64,000 nt of DNA from IMG/VR virus record IMGVR_UViG_3300031998_000009, positions 1 to 64,000 of that record, one strand, 5' to 3'. The stretch comes from a virus (Duplodnaviria > Caudoviricetes). A model generated the notes under the pieces. It was given only the letters and a program-made list of their open reading frames with translations, did no database searches and was not told the DNA's origin. Made by a program: the position numbers and the translations under genes. Shown here one piece after another: positions 19,528-29,024 of the stretch (the first letter of the stretch is position 1; every line of letters begins with the position of its first letter).

Positions 19528-19788
19528 TTAGGTGTTTTCCAACTGGTATTTAACAATGTCTACTATCTCTTCCATAGTTCCTTCATTAAAGGATTGTAAA
19601 TCAATAGTAGCATAAGATTCACCGTCTTGTAAGTATACAGTCTTATCCTGGTCAGAATCACACCAGAAGTTTATAGTATCTACTGTTTCGTCAAATTTGT
19701 ATTCTTTATTATCGAAATGTTCTTTTATTTTTTGACAAATCTTATCCAACGAATCTTCGGAAACAGTTATATTTTCTAATATAATCAT
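19528..19788 (-). CDS. Acidic LxE-leader protein
   Basis: N-terminus MIILE; 86 aa. Confidence 0.5.
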   Translation of the reverse strand: MIILENITVSEDSLDKICQKIKEHFDNKEYKFDETVDTINFWCDSDQDKTVYLQDGESYATIDLQSFNEGTMEEIVDIVKYQLENT

Positions 19789-19794
19789 AAACTA

Positions 19795-20364
19795 TCACCG
19801 TCTTTTCTTATTAGCTTTATCTAGTTTCTTTAAATACTGTTTTTCTTTGGAACGAAGATCTGTTACATAATTCTGAATCTTATACTTCATTTCTTCAGCT
19901 GCTTGATTAAATGTTTTTCCGGTAAGATTCACCCAATCTGCGATATCGGAATCATCATTTTTAGACTCATGTTCGGAGAATCGAAATGTAACATCGTTAT
20001 AAAGATCTTCATTATCATCATAAAAGTTATATAGTCTTCTATCTGCTGGGCGTTTGAAATTTAAGTCGATATAAGTAGAAAAACCGTAAGATCTAGAAGG
20101 TCTTACCTTGGGATTTCCAAAAACACCACATTCATCCTTCACTTCTTGGATCCATTCATTAACAAATCCGAACAGATCGTCTTTAATATCCTTTATCGGA
20201 TAAATACCGGCATAATCCGATTTCTTATTTGGATTAAAGTTTGGAATATAGTCATCAGAATACTTGATTTCTGTATTCTTCTCTAAAAATTCACAAAGTG
20301 ACATAACAAAATCTTTACCGGATAATTTTTCAAATAACATATCTTCATTAATTATATGTATCAT
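19795..20364 (-). CDS. Module gene B, copy 1 (LxE leader; GxSxYI...RxSxH family)
   Basis: MIHIINE..LFE leader; YGFSTYIDL and FRFSEH; paralog of 21528..22130 and 57553..58098. Confidence 0.6.
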   Translation of the reverse strand: MIHIINEDMLFEKLSGKDFVMSLCEFLEKNTEIKYSDDYIPNFNPNKKSDYAGIYPIKDIKDDLFGFVNEWIQEVKDECGVFGNPKVRPSRSYGFSTYIDLNFKRPADRRLYNFYDDNEDLYNDVTFRFSEHESKNDDSDIADWVNLTGKTFNQAAEEMKYKIQNYVTDLRSKEKQYLKKLDKANKKRR

Positions 20365-20385
20365 AATAAATCAACCTTTCTATAT

Positions 20386-20799
20386 TCAATCCCAATAACC
20401 TGTATCGATTTCTTTAGTATGTTCAATACGATATTTTTCTTCTTTTGTTACGATGTAATCAGTATCACACCAAATAGTACCTTTATAAGAAAAGAAACCC
20501 TTATCAGAATCTACAAAATAGGAAATATGTTCGGAACCTTTTTCAAACTGTCTACAAATTCTTTTATAAATATACGCTATCTTCTTTTTTGGAATATTAG
20601 GAATGTATTTAGACCCAATAGCGATATAAAAATAGGACCCATCTTTCAGATATACGATATACTCATCTGCGTTTCCTTCATTTTTGTCACAAAAATATCT
20701 AATTTTTCCAGTATCAATCTTTTTCTTATACCACATAATTTCTTTATAAAGTTGAGTCATGTACTTTTTAATCATAATTTCCTCCTGTGACAAACTCAA
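20386..20799 (-). CDS. Module gene A, copy 1
   Basis: EYIVYLKDGSYFYI..IP..IAYIYK; paralog of 22127..22495. Confidence 0.6.
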   Translation of the reverse strand: MSLSQEEIMIKKYMTQLYKEIMWYKKKIDTGKIRYFCDKNEGNADEYIVYLKDGSYFYIAIGSKYIPNIPKKKIAYIYKRICRQFEKGSEHISYFVDSDKGFFSYKGTIWCDTDYIVTKEEKYRIEHTKEIDTGYWD

Positions 20800-21200
20800 A
20801 TTTCACCTGTAATGACCTTACTTATAGCATCCAGTATATCTGTATCATTCTTGTAAACGGTTCTCATAATAGTTGCTAGGTCACCTGTATCAATTTCGTG
20901 ATTCCAGTGCATCCGTAAAGGTTTTTTGAAATTACTAACAAATTTAATAGCTTCCTTACTATATTTAAATTTACGAATATCACGATCATTATTATTTATA
21001 GTGATAGAATCATCGGAATGTAATATTATATCTAATTCTACATTATTTGCAGTCACTTTGAAACGTGGTTCATTATGGGATACTTTTCTGTCTTTTCCTA
21101 TCTCATCCACCCAAAAATCAAAGGGTTGACCTGTTGTATTTTTTCGTAGATTGGCATGTTCGTATAAACTTTCAAAATTATCTTGTATTAGTTTAATCAT
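20796..21200 (-). CDS. DUF4160-like protein with LxE leader
   Basis: MIKLIQDNFESLYE-HANL; TG..FDFWVD; HNEPRFKV. Confidence 0.55.
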   Translation of the reverse strand: MIKLIQDNFESLYEHANLRKNTTGQPFDFWVDEIGKDRKVSHNEPRFKVTANNVELDIILHSDDSITINNNDRDIRKFKYSKEAIKFVSNFKKPLRMHWNHEIDTGDLATIMRTVYKNDTDILDAISKVITGEI

Positions 21201-21214
21201 TGTTAGTTACTCCT

Positions 21215-21460
21215 TTATAAATTCCATTCCTTTTTATCGAAATTAGGATCTAAAAATTTATAAAGTGCTTTCCATGTGACATCGATACCATTTTCTCTTA
21301 ATGCTTCCTGAATATCTTCGAAGTCCGAATCGTGCCAAACTGTTCTTCCAAGTCTGTCATCTTCGGCTAATTTGTTATCGAAAACTTTCTTAAATATCTT
21401 TTTAAGTTTTCTATTATCTGTATCTATCACCTGTTTTTGAATATCTGTAATTTTAATCAT
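21215..21460 (-). CDS. Hypothetical protein, paralog of 62973..63209
   Basis: Shared MIKITDIQKQVID..DSDFE..VTW.A. Confidence 0.65.
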   Translation of the reverse strand: MIKITDIQKQVIDTDNRKLKKIFKKVFDNKLAEDDRLGRTVWHDSDFEDIQEALRENGIDVTWKALYKFLDPNFDKKEWNL

Positions 21461-21502
21461 TTAAGTTACCCCCTTAAAAATCCACATTCATCTTACATAT
21501 AT

Positions 21503-21531
21503 AGTATAACATATTTATATTGATTTGTCAA
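21503..21531 (-). promoter_or_regulatory. Early promoter P4
   Basis: TTGACA-17 bp-TATACT; -35 overlaps the stop of the upstream gene. Confidence 0.9.
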
Positions 21532-22130
21532 GAGTTTTTAGAAGAATTATTATTTAAAGATAATAAATAATTTTGTTCTTTTTCATGTAATTTTTGTATA
21601 TATTCACAGATTTTATTCTTCATTTCGTAAGATGCTTCTTCAAAAGATTTGTTACTGTAATCTACCTGATCTCGTATTACTTGTCCTATCTCATCCCTAT
21701 ATGGTGTTTTTCTTTGAACGTGATCTGTAAACTTAAAATGACAATTCTGATACTGTCCTTTATGTTCATTATAGTAGATTAATAAATCAGAGTTATTAGG
21801 TTTATTTAACTTGATATGAATATAATTGGAAAACCCAAAATAAGGAGATACTGTAAAACGTACAGATCTAACATCGGGTAAAGATTGTATTTCACTTATC
21901 CATTGCGAGATAAATTCCATAATGTCATTCTTTATTTCTTGTATTGGTTCTGATGTGACATATTCTTGTTCTTTTGATTTTATAAATTTACCGTCTCTAT
22001 TGATGATATATTGTTTTGAATGTCCAATAATATCCGTTTTCTCTAAATATTCAAGTAAAAACTTCACAAACTGTTTTCCGGTTAAACTGGAAAATAAAGA
22101 ATCCTCGTATAGTTGTATCAATTTAATCAC
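21528..22130 (-). CDS. Module gene B, copy 2 (LxE leader)
   Basis: GTG start overlapping the upstream TGA; MIKLIQLYE, FGFSNYIHI, FKFTDH. Confidence 0.6.
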   Translation of the reverse strand: MIKLIQLYEDSLFSSLTGKQFVKFLLEYLEKTDIIGHSKQYIINRDGKFIKSKEQEYVTSEPIQEIKNDIMEFISQWISEIQSLPDVRSVRFTVSPYFGFSNYIHIKLNKPNNSDLLIYYNEHKGQYQNCHFKFTDHVQRKTPYRDEIGQVIRDQVDYSNKSFEEASYEMKNKICEYIQKLHEKEQNYLLSLNNNSSKNS

Positions 22131-22495
22131 TCCCAATTATCATCGAAGGTTGTTTTAATAATTGCTGTGGTTTTATATTTTTTCATCATTTTAGAGATGA
22201 TATTTCTAGCTTCAGTTATTGTTATATTATATCCACCACGAAGATTATCAACGAACTCATAGTTATAGTTATTGTAGTTAGTCTTTCTAACATATAGTAC
22301 ATCGCTGAATCTAAAATCTGGAATTTTATAAGAACCGGGCTGGACATAAAACATACTTCTGTTCTTTAGAATGACAACATATTCAAGTGCATTTAAAAAT
22401 TCATTGTCAACACCGAATCCCCAAGAAGAATGGTGTTTGTAGTAATTTTTGATCTTTCTAATCTCTTTTAAGAGTTTTCTTCCTGTTTTATTCAT
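22127..22495 (-). CDS. Module gene A, copy 2
   Basis: EYVVILKNRSMFYV..IP..VLYVRK. Confidence 0.6.
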   Translation of the reverse strand: MNKTGRKLLKEIRKIKNYYKHHSSWGFGVDNEFLNALEYVVILKNRSMFYVQPGSYKIPDFRFSDVLYVRKTNYNNYNYEFVDNLRGGYNITITEARNIISKMMKKYKTTAIIKTTFDDNWE

Positions 22496-22531
22496 ACTTA
22501 CAAACCTCCAAATATGATATTTTACATATAT

Positions 22532-22560
22532 AGTATAACATATTTATATAGATTTGTCAA
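22532..22560 (-). promoter_or_regulatory. Early promoter P5
   Basis: TTGACA-17 bp-TATACT. Confidence 0.9.
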
Positions 22561-22590
22561 GTAGTTTTAGAAAAGTTTTTTATTTAACAA

Positions 22591-23367
22591 TTACTTTTCA
22601 ATCACATCGTAAGGAATCTTCTTACGTTTACCCCAGACTTTATATTCATCGTTCTCGGTTTTAATGAATTCTTTAGCTTTATTAACTAAACCGGGTAATT
22701 TACTTATTTCTTTTTTAAGTTTATCTGGGTTAAACTCAAAGTCACGTTCAGCAGCAATCATTTCGTCTTCTATTTTACCAATTTGTCTTGATATATCAGT
22801 AATAATCCGATCATATTCCGTTCTTTTTCCAGTTAGTCTTTCTTTTCTTTGATCTATAAGTTCTTTTACTACATCATAGGCATCGTTTAGTTGTGTTGCA
22901 TATTTAACTAAATGATTTCTTTGTAGTAGTTTAGTATAGTATCTTTTGTTTACCTCTGGGTTCCAATCTTTATCCCATACATATATAGTAGATGTAGGAA
23001 CATTAGAATATCCAGTCTCAGAGGGTTTAACTAACCCGGATAAAGCATCTCTTCTTTCCTGTCTACGTTTTTGAACATTAGCGCCACCTTCAGTTACCTC
23101 AAAAATATCAAATTCAGGTGCTTGACTAATCTTTAACTTATTTGGATTATACATAAATCTTCCCTGACCGTATACAGCAATGATCTCTCCATCACGAGTG
23201 AGCAGAATACTTTTATCCTTTATCTGTTGCCATCTATCTATATTAATAGGTTCAGCATATGAATTCTGTATGTTGATATATTCGTTCATTGCATCAAACA
23301 TATCCTTATTTATTCTAATGTTGTTTCTTCTTAAATCTGTAATAATATTTTCATTTACTAATATCAT
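22591..23367 (-). CDS. LxE-leader protein, distant paralog of 55044..55886
   Basis: MILVNE leader; RRQERR and KRYYTKLL..L..Y...L.DAYD segments align with 55044..55886. Confidence 0.55.
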   Translation of the reverse strand: MILVNENIITDLRRNNIRINKDMFDAMNEYINIQNSYAEPINIDRWQQIKDKSILLTRDGEIIAVYGQGRFMYNPNKLKISQAPEFDIFEVTEGGANVQKRRQERRDALSGLVKPSETGYSNVPTSTIYVWDKDWNPEVNKRYYTKLLQRNHLVKYATQLNDAYDVVKELIDQRKERLTGKRTEYDRIITDISRQIGKIEDEMIAAERDFEFNPDKLKKEISKLPGLVNKAKEFIKTENDEYKVWGKRKKIPYDVIEK

Positions 23368-23386
23368 GTATATCAACTCCTTTATA

Positions 23387-23425
23387 ATAAAAAAGAACTA
23401 CATATGATAATGTAGTTCTTTTATT
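23387..23425 (-). terminator. Terminator after the DUF5758-like array
   Basis: AAAAGAACTACAT/ATGTAGTTCTTTT. Confidence 0.8.
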
Positions 23426-23463
23426 GTTTATTTTATTGTATATAACAGATAATTGTTTATTTC

Positions 23464-23991
23464 TCATTCTTTAAGTTCATGTTCATTAAGGTGCGTTAAG
23501 ATTTTCAATATATCCATGCTTTGAGTATAAAACATAGCTTGTTGAAGCGATGTGAAATAATGTAACCCCATTCCACAAGCAATAGATTCATCTAATGTTA
23601 TAGAACCTAATGGTGTTTCTGCGATTTGGTCTGTTTTATATAAGGGTTTAAGAATTTTCTTTATATGTTTACCATGAGGTAAACCAACAAGATGCCGGTA
23701 ACATTCAAACATAGAATATGCTTCAGTTACTGCCAATGTTTCATGATTATATTTGTCTATATAGTTTTTATCAGTCAGTAAACCCCATGGAAACTTAAAT
23801 ACATAATATTTTGATACAGCGATAATGTTTACCTTTAATTTATTAGTTCTTTGTTGTGTAGGATATAGAGGATTATTTGGAACTATAATCACGGCATCTT
23901 CTGTAGGTTCTACTTCCATTATGCAAGGATACCACATATGTTTTGAATCAGTTCGTTCTCTATACGATATTCCAACTTTATATCCTATCAT
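23464..23991 (-). CDS. DUF5758-like protein (array copy 5)
   Basis: MIGYK..EDAVI..QRTNK..ACGMGLHYF. Confidence 0.65.
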   Translation of the reverse strand: MIGYKVGISYRERTDSKHMWYPCIMEVEPTEDAVIIVPNNPLYPTQQRTNKLKVNIIAVSKYYVFKFPWGLLTDKNYIDKYNHETLAVTEAYSMFECYRHLVGLPHGKHIKKILKPLYKTDQIAETPLGSITLDESIACGMGLHYFTSLQQAMFYTQSMDILKILTHLNEHELKE

Positions 23992-24018
23992 AACAAATGA
24001 CCTCCGAAATAATTATTT

Positions 24019-24552
24019 TCAATTCATATCATCAATATGTATATTATATATATTCGCCTTATATATTACCTGGGAAGCCCAGCTTCCATTTCCAGAAGGA
24101 CTTTCTTCATTATAAAAGTTTTTGGCATCTTCTTCTGTGACGAAAAAATGAATGCCTTGGGCACATTCCTTTGTAATATCTTCATCTAATGAATCTGGAC
24201 GGATATTATATTCATCAGATACTGTGTAAGTAAATGGGCGTTTTGATGATAACCGCATCTGTACAGATGTTAGATATTTTATTATATGATGGTAAATCAT
24301 ATCAGGAATAATTAAACTTATTGCATGAATTGAATATCCATGATCAACAGTCTTACCTGTTTCTAAATCTACAATAGAACAAACTCGACATTTATCACAA
24401 CGAAGTTTATTACCATATTTAGGTATAGACAATGGATCGCTATCGGATATAATAGGAGTTACTATTTTAGCATCTTCCGGGATTTCTAATGTTAGTAAAC
24501 AAGGTTTCCAAACATTATCATCTTTATATGCGGCTACTTTATATCCTATCAT
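24019..24552 (-). CDS. DUF5758-like protein (array copy 4)
   Basis: MIGYK..LEIPEDA..KLRCDK..ECAQGIHFF. Confidence 0.75.
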   Translation of the reverse strand: MIGYKVAAYKDDNVWKPCLLTLEIPEDAKIVTPIISDSDPLSIPKYGNKLRCDKCRVCSIVDLETGKTVDHGYSIHAISLIIPDMIYHHIIKYLTSVQMRLSSKRPFTYTVSDEYNIRPDSLDEDITKECAQGIHFFVTEEDAKNFYNEESPSGNGSWASQVIYKANIYNIHIDDMN

Positions 24553-24573
24553 AACAAAGAATCTCCTAAATAA

Positions 24574-25173
24574 TTATTTCCAATTCATTTTCTGTTTTAA
24601 TTCAGCTTTATGTAGTTCTGTAAGAAGTTCGTTCCTTAAATATACCAAGAAATTGGCGTATGCCAACACTTGCATAGGAAGCGAATTTTTCCAAGGTTCG
24701 ACACTACTTAGATTTTGATTTAACCAATTTAGACAATCTTCTTTAAGACGAAAGAAATGAATTCCATTAGAACAGGTTGCTTTTGGATTTGTATCGAACA
24801 TATCTGAAGCGATCTCTTTATTTCTTGTATATATTGTATAGTTATAGTTAGTTACAACATCAATATATTCCTCGTGGTCAAATCCGGCTTGTAATGATTT
24901 ACATATCTCATATACAGAATAAGTAGAATGAAGATGTTTTCTAGTTGTTAGTAAAACGGTTTCTATTACAATTTTGTTATTTTCTATAAATCTATGAAAG
25001 TCTAAACAATATGTTTCCTTCACAATAGCTTTTTGACATCTACATTTTTGATAATCACGTTCATTTTTCTGATAAGGGATGACTATTTCTGTACCTTTTG
25101 GAATCTCCAACTCTACCAGGTATAATTTCCATCTATCCTGGTCATAACCTATCGTTATTTTGTAACCTATCAT
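24574..25173 (-). CDS. DUF5758-like protein (array copy 3)
   Basis: MIGYK..LEIP..KCRCQKA..TCSNGIHFF. Confidence 0.75.
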   Translation of the reverse strand: MIGYKITIGYDQDRWKLYLVELEIPKGTEIVIPYQKNERDYQKCRCQKAIVKETYCLDFHRFIENNKIVIETVLLTTRKHLHSTYSVYEICKSLQAGFDHEEYIDVVTNYNYTIYTRNKEIASDMFDTNPKATCSNGIHFFRLKEDCLNWLNQNLSSVEPWKNSLPMQVLAYANFLVYLRNELLTELHKAELKQKMNWK

Positions 25174-25696
25174 AATTAAACCCCTTTCGTAGTAACTCGT
25201 TTGATCTCCGGATTATAGATCGTGCCCAACTATCCTCATAATATATATCAGGATCGTTATAAAAGTGTCTTGCTTCGACTTCCTGATAAAAGAAATGTAT
25301 ACCATTGGCACATTCTTCTTTTATGTTCTCATCTAAAGAATCTGGATAAATATAATCGAATGATGATGCTGTATAATGAAATGCATATTTATCTAACCAC
25401 ATTTGTATAGGAGTTATGGATTTTCTTATTTGATAATGTGCGGGATCATTAATAATTAAACCTAGTATGTATAAAGAAAATCCAAAATTAACAGACTTAC
25501 CGATTTCTAAATCGGTAATAGAGCAAACTCTACATTTATTACAGCGTAGTTTATTGCTATACGTAGGTATTGATAATGGATTATTGTTATATGTAACAGG
25601 AGTCACTATTTTGGCATCTTCAGGAATTTCTAATTTTATTAGACATGGTTTCCAGATATTATTGTCCATATAGGCTGCTATTTTATAACCTATCAT
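25142..25696 (-). CDS. DUF5758-like protein (array copy 2)
   Basis: MIGYK..LEIPEDA..KLRCNK..ECANGIHFF. Confidence 0.75.
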   Translation of the reverse strand: MIGYKIAAYMDNNIWKPCLIKLEIPEDAKIVTPVTYNNNPLSIPTYSNKLRCNKCRVCSITDLEIGKSVNFGFSLYILGLIINDPAHYQIRKSITPIQMWLDKYAFHYTASSFDYIYPDSLDENIKEECANGIHFFYQEVEARHFYNDPDIYYEDSWARSIIRRSNELLRKGFNYDRLQNNDRL

Positions 25697-26213
25697 ATGT
25701 TTCCTCCTGGCAAATATAAAAATTAAGTTGTTTCATAATCGAAACTGCCCAATCTGTAGACTTACAATAATCTTTAGCATCCTGTTTAGTTAGAAAGAAA
25801 TGTATACCTTCTCCGCATTCACAGAATTCGGATTTGTTTATTTCTTCTAAACAAATAGATTTTTCCGAGGGTTTATAAACACCTCCTGGATAGTTTTCTA
25901 CATAGTGTTCGATAGTTAGATGTGGACGAAATTTAATCTGTTTACTATATTTACTTATGATAGTTTGAATAACAAAAAGTGAATAGGCTTCCGGAACAAA
26001 GTCTCCAGATTGTAAATCTTCGATGGTCATTACCCTAGCTTTATTACAACGATGTTTCTTACTCTTAACTCTAGATTGTTCTTTCATCATCCAGGAATTA
26101 GGTGTATATGGATGAATCACAGTGGCATCATCTGGAATATATAAAGTAACAATGCAAGGTTGAAAATAAGTACCATCATAATAAGCTGCAAGTTTATATC
26201 CAATCATGTACAA
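25683..26213 (-). CDS. DUF5758-like protein (array copy 1)
   Basis: MIGYK..LYIPDDA..KHRCNKA..ECGEGIHFF. Confidence 0.75.
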   Translation of the reverse strand: MYMIGYKLAAYYDGTYFQPCIVTLYIPDDATVIHPYTPNSWMMKEQSRVKSKKHRCNKARVMTIEDLQSGDFVPEAYSLFVIQTIISKYSKQIKFRPHLTIEHYVENYPGGVYKPSEKSICLEEINKSEFCECGEGIHFFLTKQDAKDYCKSTDWAVSIMKQLNFYICQEETYDRL

Positions 26214-26219
26214 ATCACC

Positions 26220-27440
26220 TCATTTTTTATTTGTATATAACTCTAATATATCCTCGAAAGATTTACCTTCCATAACAGATAACTGAACATCTGTGAATGT
26301 TATATTTGATGAGACGTGTTTGCTATTGGGTAGATGCTTATTGAAATGATGTACAAGAAAATTATCAAAAGCTTCATCACAAACATATCCGATTTCAACT
26401 TTCTTATCGATTCTACCTGTCCTAATAATAGCTGGATCGATTCTATCGATATGATTAGTTGTGAATATCCATATTACATTATCTAGAGCCGTTACACCGT
26501 CTAGAAAATTTAAAAAATCTGATGTTGTATGTTTTGTATATTGTTCGGGTATATCACAAACTTTGTTTCTGTTCACAAGAGGACAAGTATCTATGTCTTC
26601 GATAACAATTAATTTCAATTCTTTGTGAAAATCAGAATCATTAAATTTATAGTCGATGAAGTTAGATACAGCACTAGCAGGAACAAAATACGGAACTATA
26701 TTAAAATGATTCGAAATAGCATAAATCAAGGAGGTTTTTCCAGAACCTGGAGGTCCATAAAATATAAAACCATAATGATACGGTATATTATGTTTGATAT
26801 ACCAATTCTTATTCGATAGAAAAGATTTTGTCGATCTTATTATATTTTCCTTTGTTGTATTTGAAAGAAATACATCCTGAAAGGTTCTGGAAGGTTTTGT
26901 AAAAAATTTCTTGAAATACTCACACCCAGACAAAACGTAAAACGACGTGCTTTTCTGACTATTCCGTTTCTTTTTATCCTGTTTAGCTAGATAAGATATA
27001 AAGTTTTTCAGCAACTGGACACACCTTTGATTGTTTATTGTACTTAATGTGATAACTTGGGTGTTCTTAATAGCATTCCCAATATCTATGTTTATTATAA
27101 TAGGTACATTTTGAAAAATGTATATATCTGTTATGGGGTGATTGACATAATCCTCTATTGTTCTATAAACTGATTTTCTAACACCTCCAACAATATTAGC
27201 ATTAATAGGTAGATGTTTAAAGTAAGTAACTAATGTATCCCATTCAAGAAAGCTAACTATGGATGTGACATTGACCGTATATAATATTCTAGATTTTATA
27301 ATTTCAATAAATTGATTCTTTATACTGTTCGTTAAAATGGAGCTGGTAAATCTATGTATAACAGGATTAACAATATCTTGTGTAATATCAGTTGTTTCCG
27401 AACACTTCGTAGGATTAGACATTGTATCGACCTCCAACAC
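26220..27440 (-). CDS. BCS1-like AAA+ ATPase
   Basis: GFIFYGPPGSGKTS Walker A, IVIEDID Walker B, LNFLDG, TTNH..IDPA..R.GRID second region of homology. Confidence 0.85.
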   Translation of the reverse strand: MLEVDTMSNPTKCSETTDITQDIVNPVIHRFTSSILTNSIKNQFIEIIKSRILYTVNVTSIVSFLEWDTLVTYFKHLPINANIVGGVRKSVYRTIEDYVNHPITDIYIFQNVPIIINIDIGNAIKNTQVITLSTINNQRCVQLLKNFISYLAKQDKKKRNSQKSTSFYVLSGCEYFKKFFTKPSRTFQDVFLSNTTKENIIRSTKSFLSNKNWYIKHNIPYHYGFIFYGPPGSGKTSLIYAISNHFNIVPYFVPASAVSNFIDYKFNDSDFHKELKLIVIEDIDTCPLVNRNKVCDIPEQYTKHTTSDFLNFLDGVTALDNVIWIFTTNHIDRIDPAIIRTGRIDKKVEIGYVCDEAFDNFLVHHFNKHLPNSKHVSSNITFTDVQLSVMEGKSFEDILELYTNKK

Positions 27441-27591
27441 TAAACATATTCCATTTTAGATTCTTAACCTGTGTAATATAGGTTTTGAAATTTAAGGTTT
27501 TTTGATATCTGTGTGCTTCCTCAAATGTATTAAAACTATCACAAATGATGATCTCATCCATCACCATATAAAAGACAATGTAGGTTTTCAT

Positions 27592-29004
27592 TTATAGAAT
27601 CCTTTTCATAATTTGTTTTGTGTTTACATCCATCATAAACTGTTCAATTCGTTTCATATCAGGTTTATCCGGAAGTACTGAGTGTTCTTTAGCGTAGTCA
27701 AGTCTAGATTCATAATCATGTACTAGGTCAAAGAACTCCTTATTAGGTCTCCCATCACTTCCAAGATATTTACCGTTACGAATATTCATGAGTAAATCGT
27801 GTTCTTTTTCTCTATATGTATTAATCTCACCACGAAGTAACATATCTTCACACATCATATAGAGTCTTAACAAGTGCATGGAATGTTTAGCAATTTTACC
27901 GTGAGCCATTGCTTTTTCATTTCGTTGACTATTCTTCCTATAATCACGAAGTGTTGTATTAATGGAACCTAGAACTCCTGCAAGACTTTCTGCTGGATAA
28001 CTCTTAATGTTAAAATCAAAAACAATTTCTCCATTTTCAAGTCTTACATCAATACCGTTCATATTGTGTTGCTGTTCAAGCATATGTCTCATACCTTGAA
28101 TTGTTTTTACAATATGGGCATTTAATTGTTCTTCTGTAAGAGCTACCAGAGCTTTCTGCTGTAATCTATACATCTGTGAATTAGCATATCCCATAAACGA
28201 ACTAATACATCTATTGGAAAGGAACATATCCTTGTTTGATAGTAATTCTTTTCCTATATCGGACAAGTACAAATAATGTTCCGATTTAAGACCTAACATT
28301 TCAATAGTGTTAGGGTTACAATTCGTCAACAAACTAACAATCTTTTTAAGAGAATAAATTGTGGTATCTGTAGGTTCGTTAATAACTTGTTCAAACCCTT
28401 TACCTAACAGAATATCTTCTGGACTATGTAGTGCAATTCCTCTAATATCTACATCAGAAGTTTCTACATTTGTACCGTAAGCATATGATCCACCTAATCC
28501 AAGAAGAATTAAATTATTCAATTCAGGTGTTGTGTTCAAGAAATTATAATCTCTATAGTCTACATGAATTCCTAATTCGTCTAATTTAGCTTGAACAAGT
28601 TGTGCCCTTGACTTTGTTTCAGGGTAAGGTTCAACACCGAAACCAGTTAGTCTGAAGTCACTACCCACAGTTCCATTGCTTTCCAAATAACCTGTGCCCA
28701 TTGTATAAAAATGTAGGTTTGTTCCTAGTTTGAGCAGCTCACTAATAATTCGACCACATTCTGTATCCAGAAATTCTATATCGGCATATACATTTTTATT
28801 TTCGATATACATATCTTTAATAACAGCTGAAGCATGGGTCATATCCTGTAAAGTAACATCGTCTAGATTAGGTTCATAGAATACAAACATACTCGTTTCT
28901 AGTTCTTTGAATTGTTTAACCATTAGTTCAGCTGTTTCTTTTGTATAAACATGGTGTTGTCTTGTAGGTGTTTCTAATTCTAATACAGGAACTTTTAAAA
29001 GCAT
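27592..29004 (-). CDS. Fusion of a degenerate T4 gp21-type prohead protease domain and an RlaP-type (Pol-beta superfamily) nucleotidyltransferase
   Basis: C-terminal GGSYAYG..SDVDIRG, NPNTIE, KHSMHLLRL. N-terminal ~125 aa follows the gp21 layout (VY.KE, HASAVI, IEFLDTECGRI, MGTG.L, DFRL) without the catalytic His/Ser motifs. Confidence 0.75.
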   Translation of the reverse strand: MLLKVPVLELETPTRQHHVYTKETAELMVKQFKELETSMFVFYEPNLDDVTLQDMTHASAVIKDMYIENKNVYADIEFLDTECGRIISELLKLGTNLHFYTMGTGYLESNGTVGSDFRLTGFGVEPYPETKSRAQLVQAKLDELGIHVDYRDYNFLNTTPELNNLILLGLGGSYAYGTNVETSDVDIRGIALHSPEDILLGKGFEQVINEPTDTTIYSLKKIVSLLTNCNPNTIEMLGLKSEHYLYLSDIGKELLSNKDMFLSNRCISSFMGYANSQMYRLQQKALVALTEEQLNAHIVKTIQGMRHMLEQQHNMNGIDVRLENGEIVFDFNIKSYPAESLAGVLGSINTTLRDYRKNSQRNEKAMAHGKIAKHSMHLLRLYMMCEDMLLRGEINTYREKEHDLLMNIRNGKYLGSDGRPNKEFFDLVHDYESRLDYAKEHSVLPDKPDMKRIEQFMMDVNTKQIMKRIL

Positions 29005-29024
29005 AATACTTATCCTCCTAATAA

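Noticed and set aside
23464-26213. Diversity-generating retroelement behind the paralog or fibre variation
   Set aside because: No reverse transcriptase and no template/variable repeat pair with adenine-specific differences in this window.
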